From assembly GCA_963422735.1 (NCBI GenBank), contig OY730476.1:4544001-4608000 (forward strand): a stretch of 64,000 bases of DNA, in the 5' to 3' direction. Below are positions 1-10,406 of the stretch, piece after piece (the stretch's first letter is position 1; every line of letters begins with the position of its first letter). The DNA comes from Candidatus Latescibacterota bacterium. GTDB taxonomy: Bacteria; Latescibacterota; UBA2968; UBA8231. Made by a program: the position numbers and the translations under genes. Under the pieces are notes generated by a model. It saw only the letters and a program-made list of their open reading frames with translations. It ran no database searches and was not told the origin of the DNA.

Positions 1-2
1 AA

Positions 3-1235
3 GTTACCCAAATCGAAGTCCACGAGATCGCGCTCGCCTACCACAACTGGATCGCCTATCCGCTCAACCACTACTATGGCCCGGCACGCCGCACGATCTA
101 CATTGCTCACACCGACGACGGCCGGATTGGCCTCGGCGAGAGCGGGCGCACCGAGCCGCAGGAGACCATCGACCAATACATCGGCAGCAATCCCTTTGGC
201 TGGATCGGCGACGAGACTTCGCTGGGGTTGGGCACGGCTATGTACGACCTAATGGGGCAGGCCGCTGGCGTCCCCGTCTATAAGCTCTTCGGCCAGAAGT
301 ATCGGTCGTTTGTGCCCGTGGGAGCTTGGACGGTATCGACCCATCCCCAGCAGATGGCCGAGGCGATAACCCGCTACTCGGCGCAGGGCTACACGTGGCT
401 GAAGTACCACCTCTCGCCTTTTGAAAACGTCTTTGACCAGACCGAGGCCATGCAGGCGGTCGCGCCACCCGGCTTCAAAATCCACTACGACTTCACCATG
501 CACGGCACGGACGACCATATGCCCGAACTGGTGGAGAAACTAGCCGAATATCCGATTGCCGGTTGCTTTGAGGACCCTTTGCCGCCCGGGGACATCGAGG
601 GCTACATCGACCTGCGCAAGCGGGCCAAGCGGCCCATCGTTTTGCACCACTTCCCGCTGGGGGCCACCTATGAGGTGCTGATGGAGCCGGCCGATATCTA
701 CATGCTCGGGCACGCAAGAATCGGCGACGCCATGCGCCGCGCCGGCTTGTTTGCCGCTGCTGGCAAGCCCTTTATGCTGCAAAATGTCGGCGGTGCCATC
801 ACCCGCGCCATGGTCGTACACATGATGGCCGCCGCGCCTACGGCGACCTTCCATTGCCACAACGATTGCGAAGTCTGGCAAAGCGACGTGGTAGAAGAGC
901 GGCTGGACCCGATCAACGGCTTGGTGCGGGTGCCGGAAAAACCTGGGTTGGGGCTGACGTTAGACCGGAGGGAACTGGAGCGGCTGAAAGCGCTAGAACT
1001 GCCCGCACAAGACAGGTGGATCATCAAATCGCGCTTCAAAAACGGCACCCGCATGTACAACATCGCCGATCCGGCCCACTCGATTTTCATGGTGCGGCCC
1101 GACCGCAACCGCCTGATGCCCATGAGCTACGCCGCGCCCATTGAGACCGAGTATTGGGACGACGACGGGACGGAGGAGTACCGAGAGATGTTCGGCCGGA
1201 TTGAGCGCGAGGGGATCGTGCTGGAGCGGGCGTAG
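3..1235 (+). CDS. Mandelate racemase/muconate lactonizing enzyme (enolase superfamily), 5'-truncated by the window edge
   Basis: Frame is open from base 3 (VTQIEVHEI...TDDGRIGLGE). Motifs TAMYDLMGQAAGVPVYKLFG, FEDP and VPEKPGLG. Confidence 0.85.
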   Translation, partial: VTQIEVHEIALAYHNWIAYPLNHYYGPARRTIYIAHTDDGRIGLGESGRTEPQETIDQYIGSNPFGWIGDETSLGLGTAMYDLMGQAAGVPVYKLFGQKYRSFVPVGAWTVSTHPQQMAEAITRYSAQGYTWLKYHLSPFENVFDQTEAMQAVAPPGFKIHYDFTMHGTDDHMPELVEKLAEYPIAGCFEDPLPPGDIEGYIDLRKRAKRPIVLHHFPLGATYEVLMEPADIYMLGHARIGDAMRRAGLFAAAGKPFMLQNVGGAITRAMVVHMMAAAPTATFHCHNDCEVWQSDVVEERLDPINGLVRVPEKPGLGLTLDRRELERLKALELPAQDRWIIKSRFKNGTRMYNIADPAHSIFMVRPDRNRLMPMSYAAPIETEYWDDDGTEEYREMFGRIEREGIVLERA

Positions 1236-1266
1236 GGATTTGGCGACGGCTCGCTAAAAAAGCGAA

Positions 1267-2460
1267 TTACTTCCAACGCGCCCTTACATCGAACTCGATC
1301 AGCTCCTTTTTGGAATTGCGCTTCCTGATGGGGACGCATTCCACGTTGGAGAATCCGAGTTGGGACAACATCTCCGCGTAGATTTGCTCGACGGGGACTA
1401 AGACTCCATAGAACGTTGAATTGCCGACGATGTAGTGAATTCTCGCTCCATTGTTGAGCACGCCGATCAGCGATTGAAAGTGGCTCCACATGTCGCTGAA
1501 GTATTTCGAGACGTAGTTTGCCAAAAGTTGGCCATTCTTATTTTCTGCTTTTCTGATTCCTTCTACTGCATCGCTCAGCAGTTCAGATTGGAACCCATGC
1601 GGTGGAGCCGTCCATTTTCCTAGCCTGCTAGTAGCAACCCCAAGTGCCTCCAATGGCTTCCCAATCCATGTCCCCGGCATCGCGGCCATCCGGTACATGT
1701 ATGGACGAAGCTCGCGGATATACGACATCCGGTTAGCGTACGGAGGCGAAGTAATGACGCAATCGACTAAGCCGGCATCTTTTTTTGCAAGCTGGCGAGA
1801 GTCGGCGAGGTGGACCCGTACGCGGCCCGCCGGATTTTCCCTCGCTCCCCCCAGAACAAAGTTCAGGTTTTTAATAAAAACTCCGCACAAGTCGATATCG
1901 AAATCAAAGGTCGTCTGAATTCCCAACTTAAAGGACATGGACTGGTGATTAAAGGCGGCATTGGAAAGATGGATCAACGTCCGACAGAACGCGGCTAAAA
2001 GCAAAGAACGTTGCTGGGTCTGTTCGGCAAATCTGGCATCTATGGCACCTTTCAGAGCGCAAAGGAAATCGAGTGCGGTAGCGTTCCACCACCGTTCAAT
2101 GTTGTGCATACGCGGTGTCGGCGCACCCGACATCCTGCCGTGGCGAATGTCGTCAGACACCGCATGGCCAAATCACCTGTGTAGAATAAGTGTCGGTCTT
2201 GATGCGACTCAACCAGACCAGAAAGGGGTTGATTTCCACCGCGACTGCAAAGTGACCGCGATACGCCGTGCAGAGAGCGGTCGTCCCGGTCCCGCAAAAT
2301 TGATCTTGGAAATGCCTTCGTAAGCTAGTAGAATTTCGCCGACAATTTTGAGCGAGTAGGCAGGAGTCAGGCGCAGCCAACCATGCCGCCCGGATTCGGC
2401 ATTGTGTTTGTGGGTGTAATCGGCCCTTTGCGCGAGTGAGCGTCGAAGCCTCTCGGTCAT
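1267..2460 (-). pseudogene. Type II RM amino-methyltransferase (m4C-type, motif I before TSPPY), frameshifted
   Basis: Split over three ORFs: N-terminus GRHGWLRLTPAYS (2209-2460), motif I DQFCGTGTT..AVEINPFLVW (2153-2503), and VITSPPYANR plus YIVGNS (1267-2160). An off-frame segment DGRDAGDMDWEAIGGTWG near 1640-1690 indicates two more compensating indels. Confidence 0.85.
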
Positions 2461-3198
2461 AGCGACGGCTCCAGCAGTTTGCCCAGAATCGATCCGATTT
2501 CACGTTTCAGGGTGTCCTGATTCCGGCTGAAAAATCCCGCCAAGTCGCAACCGACGACCTCTCGTAGAAAATCGTAGGTTGATGATAAAGGGTCCGATGA
2601 CCCGATTGCACCAGTGAGGATGGACCAATTCCGCGCCCTGTACCGCAACAAGACATCCGAGTCGATCTGCGCGGATAGGATTAAGGCGCAAGGCAGATAG
2701 GCTTGCGCGTAGGCATTCGCAGCGTTTTGCCTCTTGGAGTCCTTGCTTTTGTAACCTTGGCGAATCTCAAAGACGAATCCACGTTTACAAGGCTTGCCGA
2801 GTCCTGCATCCATTGGTGAAAACGCCCACGGGAGGCTTCGTCTTTAAGCTTGTTCAAAATCACCCTCCCGCCGAGGTGTAGCTTCCTCGTCTTGCCACCA
2901 GACGCTGGGAGTTCATAAGACCAGTTCGCTTCTTCTGCGGAAAGCCCTAGGCAATCCTGCAAGATGGTGCGAACCAACTCTTCGCATCCAATCCCGATCT
3001 GCCTGTAAACGCTTGTCATGCCGCCGGCTGCCTTATGTGCGGCGTACATCAACGGATTGTCAAGGCCGAACCAAGAATAGAAGGGATCGCTTCCATAAAG
3101 CGCTTGGAATTAGTCCAACGACAGGCCCTTATCTTTGCTTCCTCGTCCGAATTTTGGCCTGTATTCTGCGGATACTCGAATGCGTTCGAGCACAACAT
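2457..3198 (-). pseudogene. Putative Type II restriction endonuclease, disrupted
   Basis: Reads YRPKFG...GLSLD*FQALYGSDPFYSWFGLDNPLMYAAHKAAGG with an in-frame TAA at 3110-3112, then frameshifts into FEIRQGYKSKDSKRQN. ATGA overlap with the MTase start at 2457-2460. AT-richer than the flanks. Confidence 0.7.
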
Positions 3199-3612
3199 TC
3201 AAGAGTTTTCGCCTTCCTGCTCGCACTCGAATTTGAGTGCCGCCGAGTTCATGCAATAGCGCCGACCGGTCGGCTGGGGGCCATCGGGGAAGACGTGGCC
3301 GAGGTGAGCGTCGCATTGGCTGCACAGCACTTCGGTGCGCACCATGCCGTGGCTCGTGTCGCGTTCCTCGGCGACCTTGTCCGCCGCGACGGGCTGCCAG
3401 AAGCTGGGCCAACCAGACCGCGAATCGTACTTGGTTGCAGAGCTGAATAACTTGCTGCCGCAGCAGACGCAGCGATAGACACCCGACTCCTTGTTGTCGC
3501 AGAGCTCGCCGGTAAAGGCGCGCTCGGTGCCCTTCTGCCGCGTTATATAGTACTGCTCTTGGGTGAGTTCCCGCCGCCACTCAGCGTCGCTTTTGATGTT
3601 TTTTTTATTCAT
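3199..3612 (-). CDS. msrB: Peptide-methionine (R)-S-oxide reductase
   Basis: [29 protein letters not shown] and RYCMNS motifs; CVCC/CSQC Zn ligands. Confidence 0.97.
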   Translation of the reverse strand: MNKKNIKSDAEWRRELTQEQYYITRQKGTERAFTGELCDNKESGVYRCVCCGSKLFSSATKYDSRSGWPSFWQPVAADKVAEERDTSHGMVRTEVLCSQCDAHLGHVFPDGPQPTGRRYCMNSAALKFECEQEGENS

Positions 3613-3641
3613 CGTAGCATTCCCTTCTCTTGAGATAGTAC

Positions 3642-4115
3642 CTAATCGGCCAACTCGGCGTAGCGCCCGCCAAAGAAGATCAGCGGTGCGCCGCTACCCA
3701 CCTCGCCGGCCACGCATTCGCCGATGAACATGTCGTGGTCGCCCGCGGCCGCGATGTCCACTAGCTTGCAATCGACATAAGCCAAGGCGTCGGCCAAAAT
3801 CGGCGCACCGGTCTGGGCCACTTTTGTCGCCAGATCTGCAAAGTCCTTGGGGCCGCGCTGGGCAAAGCGCACGGAGAGGGCCTCCTGCTCCCGCTTGAGG
3901 ATGTTGATGGCAAAGCCCTCAGCTTTTTGCAACAGGCCGTGCATGGACGCGCTTTTGTCAACTGAGACCACCACCAGCGGCGGCGATAGGGAAAGCGACA
4001 TGACCGCATTCGCCGTCATGCCCCAAAGCTGGCCGTCGCAGCAGGTGGTCACTACGGTGACGCCGGTGGCAAAGCGACCCATAATTTGCCGCTGCAGCAG
4101 AGGATCAAACGCCAT
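3642..4115 (-). CDS. Flavin reductase family protein
   Basis: [27 protein letters not shown] and AGDHDMFIG motifs. Confidence 0.92.
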   Translation of the reverse strand: MAFDPLLQRQIMGRFATGVTVVTTCCDGQLWGMTANAVMSLSLSPPLVVVSVDKSASMHGLLQKAEGFAINILKREQEALSVRFAQRGPKDFADLATKVAQTGAPILADALAYVDCKLVDIAAAGDHDMFIGECVAGEVGSGAPLIFFGGRYAELAD

Positions 4116-4133
4116 CGTGCGTTTCCTTTCGTT

Positions 4134-5366
4134 TTAGTTCAGTGCGTTCTGATAGATGCGGGCCGCGTCGTCTGCTTCCACCGCGACCGGATTAGGTTCG
4201 AGCAGGCGCTGTACGCTCAGGGCGCTTTCGACCATCTGCGGAATGTCGGCTGCTCCTATCCCGGCCGCGCTCAGCGAGCCGTATGGGGTGTGCTGCCGCC
4301 GCAGCCCATCGATCCACTCCGCCGCCAACTCGACCCCCTCCTCGCGGCTCTTGCCACCTAGTGCCAGCCCGGCGGCTCCAGCAGCAAAGTAGTATTTGTC
4401 GGCCACGGCCGGGGCGTTGTGCCGCATCACCCCAGGCAAGACGAGGGCCACAGCCGCGCCGTGCGGCACGGGTGCGCCGCGTTCAAAGGACACCTTCTCG
4501 ATCCCGTAGCCGAGCGCGTGGCCAGCCCCGGTGTTGATGGGGCTTAACAGCAGCCCAGCGAGCAGGGCACAGCGCGCCATTTGATAGCGTGCGTCTGGAT
4601 CGCCGCGGACCACGGCTTGCACGTACGCCGGGCCGCCCGCCGCTAGGGCCGCCCGCGCCACGGCGTCGCCGATGGCATTGCTCTTGGTGGAAGCCGTGCA
4701 TTCAAGGGCGTGCCCGAGGGCATCCAAGCCAGTGATCGCGGTCAATAGCGGCGGCAGGTCTTGGTGCAAACGCGGGTCCACCAGCGCGGCTTTGGGCTGT
4801 AAATAGCTGCTGTACACAGCCTTCTTGCCGGTTGCATCGGCGATTACTGCCACCCGGCTGACCTCGCTGCCCGTGCCCGCTGTCGTTGGGATGCCGACGA
4901 GCGGGAAAAGCGGCGGTTTTTCGTACAGGTCGAAGCCAAAGTAATCGGCCACAGAGCCGCCATTTGCAGCAGTGCAGAGCGCGGCCTTGGCCGCGTCCAT
5001 AGTACTGCCCCCGCCCAAGGCAACGGCCACGTCGAAATCCGCAGCCGCCAGCGCGTATGCACAGGCATCGACGCTTTGCACTGAGGGGTTGGGTGCAATT
5101 TCGCTGTACGTGCCTACCACATCTAAGCCGCCGAGGGCTTGGCGGACTAAGCCGACGAGTGGGGCAATGCTTGGATCGTGGATTAGCAGCACCCGGCCCG
5201 CGCCGAGGCGGACGCACTCGTCGGCTAGCTGGGCTAGGGCCCCTGCCCCGAATGCGACTCGCCGGTCGCGGAATTCAAACATTTCTGCTAGTGCTGTACG
5301 CCGACTTTCCGCGGCAAAATAGGTGCTACCCGATAACAACTCTTCGTTGATCTGCACACTGCCCAT
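4134..5366 (-). CDS. Iron-containing alcohol dehydrogenase
   Basis: ALGGGSTMDAAK, IPTTAGTGSEV, TGLDALGHALE, GHALG and PHG motifs. ATG 5366 has a GGAGG RBS. Confidence 0.9.
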   Translation of the reverse strand: MGSVQINEELLSGSTYFAAESRRTALAEMFEFRDRRVAFGAGALAQLADECVRLGAGRVLLIHDPSIAPLVGLVRQALGGLDVVGTYSEIAPNPSVQSVDACAYALAAADFDVAVALGGGSTMDAAKAALCTAANGGSVADYFGFDLYEKPPLFPLVGIPTTAGTGSEVSRVAVIADATGKKAVYSSYLQPKAALVDPRLHQDLPPLLTAITGLDALGHALECTASTKSNAIGDAVARAALAAGGPAYVQAVVRGDPDARYQMARCALLAGLLLSPINTGAGHALGYGIEKVSFERGAPVPHGAAVALVLPGVMRHNAPAVADKYYFAAGAAGLALGGKSREEGVELAAEWIDGLRRQHTPYGSLSAAGIGAADIPQMVESALSVQRLLEPNPVAVEADDAARIYQNALN

Positions 5367-5471
5367 TGTGGCCTTCCTCCGTGTGTTGATGCGGCGAATC
5401 GAGCCTTGTTTCGCGCCGGGGATTTGTGCAATATATACACGGAACCGCAGCCCTACAAAAACGGAGCCACC

Positions 5472-6233
5472 ATGACCCAAGACGCCGCCCAGATTTATGC
5501 CGAGCAGGGCTTTCTCACGGGCATCGACCTGTTCAGCGCCAGCGAGATGGATCACTTTCGCGCCTGCTTCGATGCGTTAGAAGCCCGCGAGGGCCGAGAA
5601 AAGTGTCAGATTGGCCTCCAAGCCCGCCATCTCGACGAAGAATTCATCTGGCAAATGGCCACGGACCCGCGCGTCCTCGACGCCATGCAAGAGGTCATGG
5701 GCGTGGACATCATGCTGCTCTCGACGCACTTCTTCTGCAAATACCCCGACCGAGAGGCCAAGCACTTTGTGGCTTGGCATCAAGACGTCACCTACTGGGG
5801 GTTGCAGCCGCCCGAAGCCCACACCGCTTGGGTGGCTGTGGATGCCAGCGATGTGGAAAACGGCTGTATGCGGGTCATCCCCGGCTCGCACAAAAACGGC
5901 ATTGCCACCCACGGCGAGTCGGCCAAAGCCGGCAACCTGCTCAGCATCAATCAAGAGATCCCCGACGAGTTCGTCGATGACAGCCAAGCCGTCGATCTAG
6001 TACTCGCGCCGGGCCAGATATCCATCCACGACGGCCAGATATTCCACGCTAGCAACTCCAATACTTCCAATCGCCGCCGCTGCGGGCTGACACTGCGCTA
6101 TGTCGCCCCGCACGTCGAGCAGATCGAGCTCAACTCGCTGGGCAACAAGTATCCGACCATCTTGGTGCGCGGCGAAGACCGCTACGGCAACTTTCCCGAG
6201 CAGCCCATGCCCTTTGCTCTTTCTTCTCGATAA
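5472..6233 (+). CDS. Phytanoyl-CoA dioxygenase (PhyH) family Fe(II)/2-OG dioxygenase
   Basis: WHQD, ENGCMRVIPGSH and FHASNSNTSNRRR motifs; GGAG RBS before ATG 5472. Confidence 0.92.
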   Translation: MTQDAAQIYAEQGFLTGIDLFSASEMDHFRACFDALEAREGREKCQIGLQARHLDEEFIWQMATDPRVLDAMQEVMGVDIMLLSTHFFCKYPDREAKHFVAWHQDVTYWGLQPPEAHTAWVAVDASDVENGCMRVIPGSHKNGIATHGESAKAGNLLSINQEIPDEFVDDSQAVDLVLAPGQISIHDGQIFHASNSNTSNRRRCGLTLRYVAPHVEQIELNSLGNKYPTILVRGEDRYGNFPEQPMPFALSSR

Positions 6234-6271
6234 TTAGCACAGCCCCGCCATACACTGTAAAAGGAGATACA

Positions 6272-6955
6272 ATGGCCCAGTACGACCGGATGGCCGTCCT
6301 CAACGCCATCTACGACACGGGTATCGTCCCAGTCTTTTACAACGAGGACCCAGAAACCACCATTCACATCGTCGAAGCCTGCGCCCGAGGGGGTGCCCGC
6401 TGCGCTGAATTCACCAATCGCGGCGATTTGGCCTACCACGTCTTTGCAGAGACCGTGCGCCACGTGATAGCCGAGAAAGTCGAAATCATCATGGGCGTTG
6501 GCTCGATATGCGACGCGCCCACCGCGGCCCTCTATATTGCCAACGGCGCGAATTTCGTCGTCGGCCCCTTGCTCAACAAGGAGGTCGCCCGCCTGTGCAA
6601 TCGCCGCAAAATTGCCTATTCGCCCGGCTGCGGCTCGGTCAGCGAGATCGGCCAGGCCGAAGCGCTAGGCGTCGAGATCGTCAAGGTGTTCCCCGGCAGC
6701 GAAGTCGGCGGTCCGGCCTTCGTCAAATCCGTGCTCGGCCCCTGTCCTTGGACTCGGATCATGCCCACCGGAGGCGTCGATGCCACCCGCGAGAGCCTAG
6801 AGGCGTGGTTTACAGCCGGCGTTGCGGCCGTTGGCGCCGGCTCCAAGCTGATTACCACGGAACTCGTCGCCGCTAAGGACTGGGATGGCTTGGCCGCCAA
6901 GGTCCGCCAGAGCGTCAATTGGATTCGGGAAATCCGCGCTGAGATGGCGGGCTAG
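6272..6955 (+). CDS. eda: KHG/KDPG aldolase
   Basis: EFTNR, GVGSICD, VKVFPG (Schiff-base Lys) and IMPTGGV motifs. Confidence 0.9.
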   Translation: MAQYDRMAVLNAIYDTGIVPVFYNEDPETTIHIVEACARGGARCAEFTNRGDLAYHVFAETVRHVIAEKVEIIMGVGSICDAPTAALYIANGANFVVGPLLNKEVARLCNRRKIAYSPGCGSVSEIGQAEALGVEIVKVFPGSEVGGPAFVKSVLGPCPWTRIMPTGGVDATRESLEAWFTAGVAAVGAGSKLITTELVAAKDWDGLAAKVRQSVNWIREIRAEMAG

Positions 6956-7041
6956 CTCGTGCTAGTGGAATTGCCGGCCGGCTCCGACGAGGATCCCCCG
7001 GCGGAGTTGATCCGCGAAGTGCTGGCGGTCGAGCGCGACTG

Positions 7042-8775
7042 ATGCTGACCAAGCTCACCATTCGCAATTTCAAACGCTTCGGCGCGGTCGAGATCGAGCT
7101 TGGGAGTCCGGTGGTCTTCATCGGCCCCAACAACTCCGGCAAGACCTCGGCCATGCAGGCGCTCGCCTTATGGGATATCGGCCTCAAGCGCTGGAATGAG
7201 AAGCGGTCGGGCAAGAGCGCACCCGAGAAGCGCCCCGGCGTCACTGTCAACCGCCGCGACCTCGTGGCCATTCCGGTTCCCGACGCGAACCTCCTGTGGC
7301 GCGGTCTGCACGTGCGGGACGTGCGGAAGGTCGATGGCCGGCAGCGCACCAGCAACATCCGCATCGACATCACCGTCGAAGGCGTGACCAATGACCAAAG
7401 CTGGACGTGTGGACTGGAGTTCGATTACGCCAACGACGAGTCCTGCTACTGCCGGCCGCTGCGCCGGTCTGATGGCAAGACCCCCGACCGCATGCCGGTG
7501 CCGGACGAAGCTGGAAGCGTCCAGATCGCCTTTCTGCCGCCGATGTCCGGGCTTGCAGCCACGGAAACACGTCTCGATCACGGTGCCGTCAATGTTCGGA
7601 TCGGCGAGGGACGTACCGCCGAAGTGTTGCGCAACCTCTGCTTGCGGATTTGCGAAGAAGAGCCGTCGCGCTGGAGCGAACTCGTCGAGCAGATTGAGAG
7701 CCTGTTCGGGTCCAAACTCCGTCCGCCGCGCTACATTGCCGAACGCGGCGAAATTGCAATGACCTATCGCGAGCATGACGCTGAACTCGATTTGTCGTCT
7801 GCCGGGCGCGGTCTGCAGCAGACCCTGCTCCTTCTTGCATATATGTACGCGAATCCCGGCTCCGTCTTGCTGCTAGACGAGCCTGACGCACACCTAGAGA
7901 TACTTCGCCAGCGCCAGATCTACCGTCTGCTCACCGATGTGGCGCACACCAGTGCCAGCCAGATCATCGCTGCCAGTCACTCCGAAGTGCTGCTCAACGA
8001 AGCCGCGGGCCGGGACTTGGTCGTGGCCTTCGTCGGCCAGCCGCACCGCATTGACGACCGCGGCAGTCAGGTCTTGAAAGCGCTCAGGGAGATCGGGTTT
8101 GATCAGTACTACCAAGCGGAACAGACCGGCTGGGTGCTCTACCTAGAGGGCTCAACAGATCTAGCGATAATGCAAGCTTTTGCGAAACGGCTGAGACACC
8201 AACGTGCGATCGAGGTGCTTGAGCGGCCATTCGTGAAATACGTAGGGAACCAGCTCTCGGCGGTTCAGAACCACTACTACGGCCTGCGGGAGGCTCTCTC
8301 CAAGCTTTGTGGAGTTGCCCTCTTTGATCGCCTCGAGTCAGAGCCACCCGAGAGCTTCCTGGTCGAGTGCCTGATCTGGAAACGCCGAGAGATTGAAAAC
8401 TACGTTTGCTCGCGGGCCACACTCGAAGCATACGCGACGGCATCGGCGTCGGAGAATGCTGCGCCCCTGTTCGCGGCGGCCGAAGTAGAGAAGCGTCAGA
8501 ACGCGATGGGCCAAGCTATCGAGAATGTAGCGTCGGCGCTGAAGACGCTTGGCAAAGGTTCTCCTTGGAGTGCCGACATCAAGGCCAGCGAAGAGTTCCT
8601 AGTCCCGCTTTTTAAGGCCTACTTCGAGACGCTCGGCCTACCCAACCTAATGGACAAGAAAAATTTCTACGAACTGGCTGAACATGTCCCCGACAGCGAG
8701 ATTGATCCCGAGATTAGCGAGAAATTGGACGCAATCGCCCGGGTTGCGGAGAGTGCGACGCTTGCAAGAGACTAG
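7042..8775 (+). CDS. ABC/AAA-type ATPase with C-terminal TOPRIM-like region (OLD-family-like)
   Basis: Walker A GPNNSGKTS, signature LSSAGRGLQQ, Walker B LLLDEPDAHL, H-loop ASHS; LYLEGSTD...ALFD...RREIENY. Confidence 0.8.
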   Translation: MLTKLTIRNFKRFGAVEIELGSPVVFIGPNNSGKTSAMQALALWDIGLKRWNEKRSGKSAPEKRPGVTVNRRDLVAIPVPDANLLWRGLHVRDVRKVDGRQRTSNIRIDITVEGVTNDQSWTCGLEFDYANDESCYCRPLRRSDGKTPDRMPVPDEAGSVQIAFLPPMSGLAATETRLDHGAVNVRIGEGRTAEVLRNLCLRICEEEPSRWSELVEQIESLFGSKLRPPRYIAERGEIAMTYREHDAELDLSSAGRGLQQTLLLLAYMYANPGSVLLLDEPDAHLEILRQRQIYRLLTDVAHTSASQIIAASHSEVLLNEAAGRDLVVAFVGQPHRIDDRGSQVLKALREIGFDQYYQAEQTGWVLYLEGSTDLAIMQAFAKRLRHQRAIEVLERPFVKYVGNQLSAVQNHYYGLREALSKLCGVALFDRLESEPPESFLVECLIWKRREIENYVCSRATLEAYATASASENAAPLFAAAEVEKRQNAMGQAIENVASALKTLGKGSPWSADIKASEEFLVPLFKAYFETLGLPNLMDKKNFYELAEHVPDSEIDPEISEKLDAIARVAESATLARD

Positions 8776-8924
8776 GATTGGTCTCTACGCTCTTCGTCTC
8801 GCCGACTTCAAGGTCCTGCCAATTACATGGAAGGTTTAACATCCAAAGACCGAGAGAAGTTTGTCCTTTTATTTTTTGCAGAAATCAGCGATATTCAAAC
8901 CCTGCTGCTTGGTGGATCGGGAGG

Positions 8925-8940
8925 CGGCGTGGTGATTGCG
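8925..8940 (+). promoter_or_regulatory. Putative sigma-54 (-24/-12) promoter of amt
   Basis: CGGCGTGGTGATTGCG has exact GG-N10-GC spacing with TTGC, about 36 nt before the amt ATG, and an AT-rich tract upstream. Confidence 0.55.
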
Positions 8941-8975
8941 AGAGGGTTGGCTATTGGCCAGTATAGGAGATCGAC

Positions 8976-10361
8976 ATGATTAGAAAATCGAGTGGCGATG
9001 CATTGCGGGTGGGCGGATTTATTGCGGCCTGCGGCCTCCTAATGGAGGCCACCAAGGTCTATGCCGCGAGTGGCACAGAACTGGAGTTTGCTCTCAACAC
9101 CTTCGCGTTTCTCATCTGGGGTGCGCTCGTAATGTGGATGTGCGCGGGCTTTACCATGCTCGAAGCCGGCTCCGTGCGCACCAAGAATGCCTCCATGATC
9201 TGCCTCAAGAACATCGGGCTTTATTCGATTGCCGGAATCACCTACTACTTGGTCGGCTACAATCTCATGTACGTCGATGTGCAAGAAGGCTGGGTCGGCA
9301 CCCTCAAGTTTCTATACGGGCCTTCGGGCGATGAACTCAAGCTGCTGTCCGGTCAGGCGGCGGCCGCGGCAGATGTGACAAAGACTGGCCATGCGACCAT
9401 GGCGAACTGGTTTTTTCAGATGGTCTTCGTGGCGACTACCGCTTCTATTGTATCGGGCACGCTGGCCGAGCGGGTGAAGCTATGGTCTTTTTTTGCTTTT
9501 ACAGCCGTGTTGACTACAGTCATCTATCCCGTCGTCGGGGCTTGGACTTGGGGCGGCGGTTGGCTCAATGCAATGGGGTTTAAGGATTTCGCCGGCTCTA
9601 CCATCGTGCATTCGACCGGGGGTTGGGCCGCACTCGCCGGCGCACTCGTCGTCGGGGCGCGGTTCGGAAAATTTCGCTCCGACGGTAGCGTCAAGATCAC
9701 GCCGCCTTCCAACACCCCCGCCGTGACTTTGGGCGTCTTCATTTTGTGGCTTGGATGGTTCGGCTTCAACGGCGGCTCGCAGCTCGCGCTGTCGAGCGCG
9801 GCCGATGCCGTCGCCATGAGCCATGTGCTCGTGAATACCAACCTTGCGGCGGCGGCCGGCGTCGTGGCTGCTCTCTTCGTATCGCGGCCCATTTTCGGGC
9901 GCATTGACCTGCTCGCCGTCCTCAACGGTGCGCTCGCCGGGCTCGTCTCCATTACGGCCGGGCCAGATGTTGTCGATCACTACTGGGCGCTCGTAATTGG
10001 TGCCGTGGGCAGCGCGTTGTGCGTCGGCGGGATGCGGTTATTGGAGATCGTCAAGCTAGACGACATAGTAGGCGCGATTCCGGTCCACTTGTTCGCCGGC
10101 ATCTGGGGCACCCTTGCGGTCTGCATTGCAGCCGGTGGCAACTTCGGCGTCCAGCTCATCGGGGTGTTGGCGGTGGGCGCGTTCTCTTTTGCGGCTTCGT
10201 GGCTGTCGTGGTTAGTTCTGGGCAAGATAATGGGAGTGCGGGTGTCGCAGAGCGTTGAAGAGCTTGGCCAAGATACCGCAGAGCTCGGAATCGAAGCGTA
10301 CCCTGAGTTTGTGCTCATGCCCGATCAGGATGACGTTGACCAAATTCAGGGCAATTCTTAA
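8976..10361 (+). CDS. amtB: Ammonium transporter (Amt family)
   Basis: AGFTMLEAGSVRTKN, FFQMVF, DFAGSTIVH, GWFGFNGGS and DDIVGAIPVH (both pore His retained); AGGAG RBS. Confidence 0.95.
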   Translation: MIRKSSGDALRVGGFIAACGLLMEATKVYAASGTELEFALNTFAFLIWGALVMWMCAGFTMLEAGSVRTKNASMICLKNIGLYSIAGITYYLVGYNLMYVDVQEGWVGTLKFLYGPSGDELKLLSGQAAAAADVTKTGHATMANWFFQMVFVATTASIVSGTLAERVKLWSFFAFTAVLTTVIYPVVGAWTWGGGWLNAMGFKDFAGSTIVHSTGGWAALAGALVVGARFGKFRSDGSVKITPPSNTPAVTLGVFILWLGWFGFNGGSQLALSSAADAVAMSHVLVNTNLAAAAGVVAALFVSRPIFGRIDLLAVLNGALAGLVSITAGPDVVDHYWALVIGAVGSALCVGGMRLLEIVKLDDIVGAIPVHLFAGIWGTLAVCIAAGGNFGVQLIGVLAVGAFSFAASWLSWLVLGKIMGVRVSQSVEELGQDTAELGIEAYPEFVLMPDQDDVDQIQGNS

Positions 10362-10406
10362 CCGGCCAGAGACCGGCGCATACCATTTAGAAAGGTGGGA
10401 GATCAA

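Noticed and set aside
1236-1266. IS-end-like motifs here and near 17789 and 30770
   Set aside because: No partner inverted repeat, target duplication or transposase could be identified.
1267-2460. This MTase as the cause of CCWGG depletion
   Set aside because: TSPPY indicates an amino-MTase (m4C/m6A), which does not produce the 5mC deamination pattern, and its specificity is unknown.
4134-5555. ORF-track N-terminal extensions (also 16882-17751, 28207-29268, 34806, 47557-48666, 54703, 60892)
   Set aside because: They overlap neighbouring genes or promoters. Downstream starts with an RBS or translational coupling fit the families better.
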